From an uncultured virus (IMG/VR IMGVR_UViG_3300030106_002968) (taxonomy: Duplodnaviria; Heunggongvirae; Uroviricota; Caudoviricetes), in IMG/VR virus record IMGVR_UViG_3300030106_002968: DNA of 64,000 nucleotides; one strand, written 5' to 3'. This document shows, one piece after another, positions 1 to 8,900 of this stretch. The first letter of the stretch is position 1; every line of letters starts with the position of its first letter. The notes beneath the pieces were generated by a model. It ran no database searches, was not told the origin of the DNA, and worked only from the letters and a program-made list of their open reading frames with translations. Made by a program: the position numbers and the translations under genes.

Positions 1-2112
1 GGTGGGGGCGGAGGCGGTGGCGCTGACTGGTACCCTAATCAAGGTGGAACTGGAGGTTCAGGTGGTTCAGGTTTTGTAGTATTAAGATACACTACATCTC
101 AATTAGCTGCTGGTGATGCCACAAGAGCAAATGTATTTACAGGCACAACCGGCGGTGATACAATTGTTACAGATAATGCTTATGCAAGTCATACATTTAC
201 TTCATCAGGTACATTTACTCCGGGCGCAAACATTGCTGAAGCAGAAGTTTTAATTGTTGCAGGTGGTGGGGGTGGTGCAGGTGTTGGTGCCTCTCAAGGA
301 GGTGGTGTCGGAGGCGGTGGCGCAGGCGGTGTTTTATATTTACGAGGCGTATCACTAAATGTTGGTTCAGCATATTTTTGTACTCTAGGCGGAGGTGGCA
401 CAGCTGGGGCGGCTGGTCCTTCACCATCTGGTGTAAGTGGTGTTGGTGGTGATTCAACTTTTGGACCTATACATTTTAGAAGTGAAGTATCTTTATCAAA
501 CGCTGATGCAACTCTTGCTAATTCGTCCTCTAACTCAACTGGATATTTAATCGCATTAGGCGGTGGTTCAGGTAGCGATGCTGATAGAGGTAACCGAGGA
601 GCGCCAGGTGGGTCTGGTGGCGGAGGCGGTGGTGGGGGAGGTTCTGCTTCTGGTCAACTATCTAGTGATGGTCGAGCAGGTCAAGGAAATCCTGGAGGCA
701 AAGGTTATAGTGGCGGTCAAAACTATTCAGGAGGTGGGGGCGGAGGTCTTACCACAAAAGGTCAAGCTGGTGGAGCTGCGTACGGAGGTAGAGGTGGTGA
801 TGGCGCATACTTTACAGTAGGAGGTTCTCAAGTTGCATATGCTGGTGGTGGTGGGGGTGGCACAAATGCTAACCCAGCAAATCCTGGTTCTCTTGCAGGT
901 CCTGGTGGTATAGGTGGTGGCGGGGCAGGAGGTAAAAACGCAGTAGGTACAGTTGGCACGGCTAATCGAGGCGGTGGTGGTGGAGGAGCAGGAGGTGATA
1001 ATGCTAACGCAGGCACCACAGGTGGGTCCGGCACTATCATAATTAGATACCCTAAAGAGCAAGCAAATATAGATGCCACATCTACTGTGAACACAGCTGC
1101 TACTGATGCAGCCACAGGTGGTATCATAACTTTTGCTGAACAAAGTGTAGTTCATACTTTTGCAAACCCATCTGGCTCTGGTACTTTCACACCAAATAGA
1201 AACATGAATGTGGACTTTCTAATTGTTGCTGGCGGTGGTGCCGGTGGTGGTAGTGATCACGGTGCTGGTGGAGGTGCAGGTGGATTAGTCTTTATCTCTG
1301 GTCACCCTGTTACAGATGGGACACCATATACGATCACAGTAGGTGCAGGTGGGTCAGGGAATGCTGGTGTTAGGGGAGGTAATGGTACAAACTCTTCCGC
1401 ATTTACTTTTGTAGGTATAGGAGGGGGTGGTGGTGCATCTTACAATGATGGTGCCGGATTTAGTGGGGGTAGTGGAGGCGGTGCATCAGGAGGCGGAAAT
1501 GAAGGAGGAGGAGCTGGTGGAGCTGGTGGTTTTAGAGAAGGACCAGGCACTACTGTAAATGGAGGTTTAGCCTTACAAGGATCGCCTCAAGGTGTTACAT
1601 ACGGACAAGGGAATCCTGGAGGCAAAAGTCAACCTGGCAATTGGGGGTGTAATGGTGGCGGTGGCGGCGCTTCTCAAGCAGGGTCAGGTTATGGTTCGCA
1701 AGACATACCCTCCTCACTCGCACCTACACAACCTAATGATAATCAAGGTAAAGGTGGCGATGGTATGTCATTTTCTATATCAGGTTCTTTAAAAGCTTAC
1801 GCTGGTGGTGGCGGTGCATCTGGCACGCCTGGAGCCCCAGCTATAGGAAAAAATGCTGGTCTTGGCGGAGTCGGTGGTGGAGGAAAAGGTGGATCACCAC
1901 CATCAGCTCCTGGACTTACGGGAAATCCAGCTGGTCCTGGTTTAGGTGGTGCTGGTACTGCAAATACTGGCGGTGGCGGAGGAGGCACAGATAGAGATGG
2001 GCCTGGTGGATCTCAAGCGGATGTAGGAGGTGCTGGTGGTTCTGGTGTTGTAATCATCTCATATAATAAAACTGAGGTAGGTGAATCATCATCAGGTTTT
2101 TTCATTAATTAA
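1..2112 (+). CDS. Glycine-rich repeat-domain virion/adhesin protein, 5'-truncated by the window edge
   Basis: I translated frame +1 by hand; it is open from base 1 and joins the listed ORF 1087..2112. It has repeated HTF..SGTF / L(I/V)VAGGGG / GGSG.V.(I/L).Y modules and ends GFFIN. Confidence 0.85.
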   Translation, partial: GGGGGGGADWYPNQGGTGGSGGSGFVVLRYTTSQLAAGDATRANVFTGTTGGDTIVTDNAYASHTFTSSGTFTPGANIAEAEVLIVAGGGGGAGVGASQGGGVGGGGAGGVLYLRGVSLNVGSAYFCTLGGGGTAGAAGPSPSGVSGVGGDSTFGPIHFRSEVSLSNADATLANSSSNSTGYLIALGGGSGSDADRGNRGAPGGSGGGGGGGGGSASGQLSSDGRAGQGNPGGKGYSGGQNYSGGGGGGLTTKGQAGGAAYGGRGGDGAYFTVGGSQVAYAGGGGGGTNANPANPGSLAGPGGIGGGGAGGKNAVGTVGTANRGGGGGGAGGDNANAGTTGGSGTIIIRYPKEQANIDATSTVNTAATDAATGGIITFAEQSVVHTFANPSGSGTFTPNRNMNVDFLIVAGGGAGGGSDHGAGGGAGGLVFISGHPVTDGTPYTITVGAGGSGNAGVRGGNGTNSSAFTFVGIGGGGGASYNDGAGFSGGSGGGASGGGNEGGGAGGAGGFREGPGTTVNGGLALQGSPQGVTYGQGNPGGKSQPGNWGCNGGGGGASQAGSGYGSQDIPSSLAPTQPNDNQGKGGDGMSFSISGSLKAYAGGGGASGTPGAPAIGKNAGLGGVGGGGKGGSPPSAPGLTGNPAGPGLGGAGTANTGGGGGGTDRDGPGGSQADVGGAGGSGVVIISYNKTEVGESSSGFFIN

Positions 2113-2124
2113 CTAAGTAAAAAT

Positions 2125-4887
2125 ATGGCCATCAAACAAGTATTCTCAAAATTTAATTTTAGACCAGAGGGTTATCAATACCCTGTTGGTCTATCTTTTG
2201 GTATAATAGGTTCAGGTGGTTTTACCGAGGCAAATTCAGCCACTAATACAAGTGGTGGCACACAAACAATGTCTGGTCTTGATGCTGTTCATACATACAC
2301 TTCATCTGGGACTTTTGACCCTAGTTTTAATGGTTTAGTAGAATATCTCGTGGTTGCCGGTGGTGGCTCAGGTGGTACGGGCAGTGTTGGCGGTGGCGGT
2401 GGTGGTGCTGGCGGATTTCGCACCGGATATATCAAGGTACAAGACACACAAACATACAATGTAACAATAGGTGGTGGTGGAGCAGGGTCTCCATCAGCTG
2501 CTGAAAATCCAGGTGCTAATGGCACAAATTCATCTTTTGCAACAATAATATCCTCTGGTGGTGGGGGAGGTGGCGGCGGTACACCAGGAACTCCTGCTTC
2601 ACCTTTAAATAATGGGTATTCTGGAGGATCAGGTGGGGGTAGTAGATTTTCTGGTNNNNNNNNNNCTGGAGCTCCAGGTAATAAAGGTGTATTCAACATG
2701 ACTGACACTAGCACTCATGGTGAGGGGAGTCCTGGTGGAAAAAGTTCAAGTCTTGGTAATAGACCAGGTGGTGGTGGGGGTGGTGCAGGCGCTAACGGTT
2801 TTTCTGATGCTACTCATACACAAAGCCCAGCTCCCGAGCACGCTGCTCACGGCGCTGATGGTGGTGCCGGTGCTCAAAGTGCAATAACAGGCACTTCAAC
2901 TACATATGCAGGTGGTGGGGGTGGTGGTCTTTGGAACGCTTCTAATGATAGTAACGGAGGTGCCGGCGGTGGAGGTCACGGAGGTGGTAACGGTAGCAAT
3001 CCACCTCAAGTAGCTGGCGAAGTTAATAGAGGTGGCGGTGGCGGTGGTTCAGGTTCAACCACAAGTGGTGCCGGCGGTTCTGGTATTGTAGTGTTGAGGT
3101 ATGCTTCTCAACAATTGGCTCCGGGTCAAACATCAAATGTATTTACAGGTTCAACAGGAGGTACAAAAACTACTGACAATGCTTATGCTTATCATGTTTT
3201 TTCAACTTCAGGAACTTTTGCAGCCTCGCAAGATATAGAAGCTGATGTTTTAATTGTTGGTGGTGGCGGTGGGGGTGGTTTTGATAGTGGTGGAGGTGGT
3301 GGTGCAGGAGGTTTCATTTATAAATCAGGTATCACAGTACCATCATCACCTCATTCGATTTTTGTAGGGGCTGGTGGTGCAGGCGGTCCTAGTTTAGGAG
3401 TTCGTGCTTCTAACGGAGTAGAATCAATATTTGGCACATCTAACTCAGCCGCATACTACGCTGCTGGCGGTGGCGGTGGTGGGTCAAGTAATCCTGGTGG
3501 TGTAAATCAATCAGGAGCTGCGGGCGCTTCAGGTGGTGGTGCAGCTGGTAGTGGACCTGGCGGTAATCGGGGTTCAGCAAATACAACAGTTTTACAAGGT
3601 CACCGTGGTGGTAAAAGTGAAACAGGATCACCATATGGTGCCGGTGGCGGAGGCGGTGCTACTCAAGAGGGTGAAGATGCTCTTCCAGGCGGTAGAGCAG
3701 GTAATGGCGGTGATGGTGCTTTCATGGTAATGGGAAATTCAGGTGCGATAGTTGCTTATGCAGGTGGTGGGGGTGGTTCTATTTGGAGATCGTCAGCTGT
3801 TGGTCGTGCTGGCGTAGGAGGCGGAGGGGCAGGTGCTGTATATCCTAGCACAAACGCCGGTGCAGTTAATCGTGGTGGCGGTGGCGGAGGTGGGTCACAC
3901 GGACCTGGAGATCAAACAGAGGCCGGTGGTGCAGGTGGCTCTGGTATTGTTGTGGTAAAATATGCAAAAGAACAAGCTGCATTAACTAATGTTGTTGCAT
4001 CGGGCACCACAGGTGGCACAATCACATATGATGAAGAGTATGCTATTCATACTTTTACGGCAAACGGAACATTCACTGCTGGTTTTGATGGGGTTATAGA
4101 TTACTTAATTGTTGCAGGCGGTGGTGCTGGTGGAGGAAATCATGGTGCTGGTGGCGGTGCAGGTGGTTTATTGTATGGTTCTAATATTGCAGTAACAAAT
4201 ACAACGACATATGCAGTAGCTGTTGGAGCAGGTGGTGCAACGGGTGGTAGTCCAAGTGCAGACGCTGCTAATGGTGTTCCATCTTCTATATCAAGTTTAC
4301 CATCACCAGCGATTGCACTTGGCGGTGGTGGTGGGGCAACACTAGATAGAAATTCACAATTAGGTTTTTCAGGTGGTTCAGGCGGTGGTTCAAACGGAGG
4401 GCCTGCGCCTGCTCCCGCTAGTTATAATGTGGGCGCACCAGGCACAGATGGTCAAGGATTTCCAGGTGGTGAGGGTTACACAGATGGTTCACTTTGGAGA
4501 ATGGGTGGTGGAGGCGGCGGTGCAGCTAGTGCTGGGAAAAATGGTGCTGGTAAAGGTGGTACTGCAAATAGAAGTATATTACCTCACGGCGGTGATGCAG
4601 CTTTCTGGTCTATTACAGGTAACACGGTAGGTTATGCAGCTGGTGGTGGCGGTGGGGGGTCTTATGAATATGGTGAAGGTGGTTCATTCATAGGCGGGCG
4701 AGGTTCAACAAATGCTCAAGGGGTTGGTATAGCAGCCCCAGCTATAAGTGGTGATAACAGAGGTTCTGGAGGCGGAGGTTCTGGCAGCGCTAGCACGGGT
4801 GGTCTTGGCTCACCGGGTGTTGTAATCATAAGATATAGAAAAAGAAAAGGTGGAACAACTTCAACAACTGGTTATTTTGTAAACTAA
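2125..4887 (+). CDS. Glycine-rich protein with three tandem Gly-rich domains; paralog of the upstream gene (N gap at 2656-2665)
   Basis: 920-aa ORF with three HxFT.SGTF...YLVVAGGG...GxSGIVVxRY-type units; ends GYFVN, like the upstream gene. Confidence 0.85.
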   Translation: MAIKQVFSKFNFRPEGYQYPVGLSFGIIGSGGFTEANSATNTSGGTQTMSGLDAVHTYTSSGTFDPSFNGLVEYLVVAGGGSGGTGSVGGGGGGAGGFRTGYIKVQDTQTYNVTIGGGGAGSPSAAENPGANGTNSSFATIISSGGGGGGGGTPGTPASPLNNGYSGGSGGGSRFSGXXXXGAPGNKGVFNMTDTSTHGEGSPGGKSSSLGNRPGGGGGGAGANGFSDATHTQSPAPEHAAHGADGGAGAQSAITGTSTTYAGGGGGGLWNASNDSNGGAGGGGHGGGNGSNPPQVAGEVNRGGGGGGSGSTTSGAGGSGIVVLRYASQQLAPGQTSNVFTGSTGGTKTTDNAYAYHVFSTSGTFAASQDIEADVLIVGGGGGGGFDSGGGGGAGGFIYKSGITVPSSPHSIFVGAGGAGGPSLGVRASNGVESIFGTSNSAAYYAAGGGGGGSSNPGGVNQSGAAGASGGGAAGSGPGGNRGSANTTVLQGHRGGKSETGSPYGAGGGGGATQEGEDALPGGRAGNGGDGAFMVMGNSGAIVAYAGGGGGSIWRSSAVGRAGVGGGGAGAVYPSTNAGAVNRGGGGGGGSHGPGDQTEAGGAGGSGIVVVKYAKEQAALTNVVASGTTGGTITYDEEYAIHTFTANGTFTAGFDGVIDYLIVAGGGAGGGNHGAGGGAGGLLYGSNIAVTNTTTYAVAVGAGGATGGSPSADAANGVPSSISSLPSPAIALGGGGGATLDRNSQLGFSGGSGGGSNGGPAPAPASYNVGAPGTDGQGFPGGEGYTDGSLWRMGGGGGGAASAGKNGAGKGGTANRSILPHGGDAAFWSITGNTVGYAAGGGGGGSYEYGEGGSFIGGRGSTNAQGVGIAAPAISGDNRGSGGGGSGSASTGGLGSPGVVIIRYRKRKGGTTSTTGYFVN

Positions 4888-4888
4888 T

Positions 4889-4896
4889 TATAAATA
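4889..4896 (+). promoter_or_regulatory. T4-type late promoter TATAAATA
   Basis: Exact T4 gp55 consensus in an intergenic gap, upstream of an AAGGAGG RBS. Confidence 0.75.
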
Positions 4897-4924
4897 GATA
4901 TGTTAATAAAGGAGGTTTTATAAA

Positions 4925-5332
4925 ATGAACGTGGATGAGATCGCAAAGAATTTTACAGGTCAATCAGGTCTTGCATATGGCATAGACACAGCGATAAAGG
5001 CTCTAAGACCTAATGCAAAATTTGAAATGAGTGCTGGTGGTGGCACATTTAATTTTCCAAGATGGGAAGATCCAGATGGAAAAGCACCACCAACAAAAGA
5101 TGAAATTATGGCTGAGTTTGAAAGACAAAAATCTGTAGCAGAGTATTATCAGTATGCTTATGATCGTTGTCATCATTACCCTGATGGGTTTGAACAATTA
5201 GATATGTTATGGCACGCAGTAAATAATGGTGCTTGTGATGGGTTAAAAGATACAGAATGGTTTAAGCGAATAGATGAAGTAAAGAAAAAGTTTCCAAAAC
5301 CTGAAGGTGACCCACCTCCAGAATTAGAATAG
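4925..5332 (+). CDS. Small phage protein, possibly tail-fibre associated/assembly chaperone
   Basis: 135 aa, strong RBS; ALRP...W...PPT...YP...EQLDMLW pattern of the kind found beside fibre genes in aquatic phages. Confidence 0.6.
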   Translation: MNVDEIAKNFTGQSGLAYGIDTAIKALRPNAKFEMSAGGGTFNFPRWEDPDGKAPPTKDEIMAEFERQKSVAEYYQYAYDRCHHYPDGFEQLDMLWHAVNNGACDGLKDTEWFKRIDEVKKKFPKPEGDPPPELE

Positions 5333-5340
5333 AGGTCTAA

Positions 5341-5589
5341 ATGAGTTTAACAAGAATTGTAGGTAATTCGATTGCTACAGGAGCTATAACAGGTGAAGGT
5401 TTTGCCGATGGTGGCATACCAGTTGATAAATTAGCCACTCAAGGTGGTGTTTCAGCTGGTGATTTTGGTAGTGCTGGTAATATACCATCAATTACAATTA
5501 ACGCTCAAGGTATTGTAACTAGAGTAGCAAATGTACAAGTAGAGGTCGCTGAAGCAGGATTTAATCCATTCTTATTAGCTGGCATGTAA
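5341..5589 (+). CDS. Small putative virion protein
   Basis: 82-aa ORF with GAGG RBS; ITINAQGIVT segment resembles fibre repeats. Confidence 0.65.
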   Translation: MSLTRIVGNSIATGAITGEGFADGGIPVDKLATQGGVSAGDFGSAGNIPSITINAQGIVTRVANVQVEVAEAGFNPFLLAGM

Positions 5590-5596
5590 AAACTAG

Positions 5597-5630
5597 CTCC
5601 TGGTTTGACTAAATAGTCCTAAAACAGGAG
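5597..5630 (+). promoter_or_regulatory. RBS-sequestering hairpin with a late promoter (ACTAAATA) at its apex
   Basis: CTCCTG...GACT-AAAT-AGTC...CAGGAG; the 3' arm is the Shine-Dalgarno of the next gene. Confidence 0.65.
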
Positions 5631-5637
5631 AATCAAA

Positions 5638-5973
5638 ATCGCAGCCTTCACCGAACTCACCGTAGAACAATACGCAAATTTTTCTTCAATAGTAACTGTA
5701 AAAGATTCAGCTGGCGTAGCCGTTAATCTTACAAGTTATACCGCCAACTCATCTATGAGAAAATCTTTTTATTCGTCATCTGCGAATAATTTTACGGCAA
5801 CAGTTACAGGTAATGCTAATGGTCAGATTACATTAACAATGACTGCAGCTAACACATCAAACTTAACACCAGGTCGATATGTTTATGATTTACTCATAAC
5901 TGATAATACTGGTACAAAATCAAGAGTTATCGAAGGTATTGTAAGCGTATTGCCAGGTTCCACAAGGTTATAA
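5638..5973 (+). CDS. Small beta-rich virion structural protein, probably starting at a non-canonical ATC codon
   Basis: GGAG at 5627-5630, 7-nt spacer, ATC at 5638 in frame with listed ORF 5755..5973, giving (M)AAFTELTVEQYANFSSIVTVKDSAGVAVNLTSYTANSSMRKS...GRYVYDL...RVIEG. Confidence 0.7.
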   Translation: MAAFTELTVEQYANFSSIVTVKDSAGVAVNLTSYTANSSMRKSFYSSSANNFTATVTGNANGQITLTMTAANTSNLTPGRYVYDLLITDNTGTKSRVIEGIVSVLPGSTRL

Positions 5974-5974
5974 A

Positions 5975-8900
5975 ATGCCTTCTGGTTCTATTGCCAATGC
6001 TTCTTCAATTTCGGCAACTGTTCAATCAACTGGTAAAACCACAGTTGCATCACAGTCAGATTTAAATTCACGTTCAGCAACCGTTCAATCAACAAATAGA
6101 ACCACGGTTGTATCTCAAACTTTTTCGGCCACACCCAATGTGTCATTTGATAGTTTAACAGATTTTGACCAAACAGGTGTACAAGATGGTTTTTATATAC
6201 AATATGATTCACCAAATGATAGGTATATAACAAAACAAATAGGTGATGCTAACGGTTCTTTTACACAGGCAAATTTAGCATTTGACAAAGCCAATGCAGC
6301 CTTTAATGCAGCTAATAATGCAACTGATACTTTTGTTAGAGACCATGCTAATGCGGCTTTTGATAAGGCAAACACTAATGCAACTAACATAACATCAAAT
6401 GAAGTATTTTCTAACAATGCTTTTCATCAAGCAAACGCAGCCTTTAATGCGGCTAATAATGCCGTTGACACTTATGCTGGTAATCACTCTAATGCAGCTT
6501 TTGACAAAGCAAATACCAATGCCACAAATATAACAACAGCTCAAAATCATGCTGATGCGGCCTTTACTTCTGGTAATACAACTCAAATATTTGCAAACAA
6601 TGCCTTTCACCATGCTAACTCAGCCTTTGCTTCAGGTAACACTAATGATATAAGCACAACCGCTAGTTTCTTACACGCTAATTCAGCTTTTGCTAAAGCA
6701 AATCAAAATGCCTTATCACTTGGCTCAAGTATAACATCAGCTTTTAACAAAGCAAATAGTAATTTTATATTTGCTAATAACTCATTTCACCACGCTAATG
6801 CAGCTTTTGATGCAGCTAATAATGCAACTGATACTTTTGTTAGAGAACACGCAAACGCAGCCTTTGATAAAGCAAACACTAATGCTACAAATATAACATC
6901 AAATGATGTATTTTCTAATAATGCTTTTCATCATGCTAATGCGGCTTTTACTTCAAGTAACACTAAACTCTCAACCAGCGGAGGTAGTATTACGGGTGAT
7001 ATTACCATTGCAGGTAATATAATACCAAATGCCTCAAACACATTTAATCTAGGTTCAGAGTCAGTTTTTTGGAGAGACCTATATCTCTCAGGTAATACTT
7101 TAATTTTAGGTGGCACAAAAATGGAAACTGACCCTGTGAGTGGTGGTGTTGTTTTCATACCAAGAGTAACAAATAAATTTCCAAACCCAAAAGCCTTGTT
7201 TATATCACCACAAGGTCGAATGGTTACAAAACAAACAACAGCTGGTAGACTTACACCAGATCAACTTGCACAGGCAAATAGTCAAGCGGCAACAGATGAC
7301 TCTTTGTCAAATGAATTCATATTAAATTCATCAAATACTGCAAATCTTGCTTTTGCTAGAGCAAATGGTGCTCATGTAAAAGGTGATCTTGCTCTAACTA
7401 AAGTAGATGCGGCCTTTGCCTCTGGTAACACTAACCAGGTCTTTGCTAATAATGCCTTTCATCATGCTAATGCAGCTTTTGCCTCAGGTAATACTAATGC
7501 CACAAACGTAACAGCGGCTCAAGCTAAAGCAGATGCAGCTTTTGCTTCTGGTAATACTAAATTATCTTTATCTGGTGGTGTCATAGCAGGCGCCTTAACA
7601 GTAACACAGAATGTAGTTGTCACAGGTAATCTTAGAGTTGAGGGTGAGCAACAAGTAGTAAATTCAACGATAGTTCAGGTTGCTGATAATATATTAACAT
7701 TAAACTCAGCGATAGGTCAAGGGTCTGCACCAGTTAAAGATGCTGGTATAGAAATTGATAGAGGTTCTTCTGCTAATGTATTATTAAAATATAGTGAGAC
7801 AAATGATGAGTGGCAGTTTACAAATGATGGTTCTAATTTTCACACAATTGCAAGTCATTCATTCGCTAATAATGCTTTTCACCATGCTAATGCAGCCTTT
7901 ACCGCTGGTAATACCAATGCAACAAATATAACAACAGCACAAAACTCAGCTGATGCTAGTTTTAAACACGCTAATGCAGCTTTTGGTGCAGGTAATACTA
8001 ACGCCACAAATACCACTACAGCTCAGAACTCAGCCGACGCCAGTTTCAAACACGCTAACGCAGCTTTTGGTGCAGGTAATACTAACGCTACAAATGTAAC
8101 AACAGCTCAAAATCATGCTGATGCAGCTTTTGCTTCCGGCAATACTAATCAAGTGTTTGCCAATAATGCTTTTAATCATGCTAATGCAGCTTTTGGTGCT
8201 GGTAATAACAATGCCACAAATGTGACCACGGCACAAAACTCAGCTGATGCTGGTTTTAAACACGCTAATGCAGCTTTCATAAAGGCTAACTCAGCACTTA
8301 ATAATATCACAGAAACATTTGATATAACATCACCAAATGATACAATACCTGCTGTTACATTACAAGCTTCAAGTGATTCAAATAATGACATAGACGTAGT
8401 GGTGGCCCCGAAAGGCAATGCAGCTTTTCTTTTAGAGGCTTCAAAGGCGGCTTCTGGAGCAAATATAGCACAATTTCAGACTGGTGGTTCTCAAGTAATG
8501 GCTGGGTTATTTGCATATCATGTGTTTACATCGAATGGCACTTTTGCTCTTGCAAATGTAGCAAATGTTGAATATCTTGTGGTTGGTGGCGGTGGAGGAG
8601 GTGGCGGTACAACATCAAGTTCAACAGGTGCTGGTGGTGGAGGCGGTGCAGGACGATTATTGACTGGAACTTTTAGTAATTTAGCAGCAGCGTCTTATGC
8701 TGTTGTTGTCGGTACGGGTGGGTCTGGTGTTGATACAGGAAATGGTGATAACGGAACTTTATCATCAGTTAATTCAATTGTCGCAGCTGGTGGCGGTGGC
8801 GGTGGTGATGGTGACCCAGAAGCTGATGGTTCTGATGGTGGTTCCGGTGGCGGTGGTGGTGGTGATAATTCTAACAGAAGTGGTGGTTCTGGTCTTTCAC

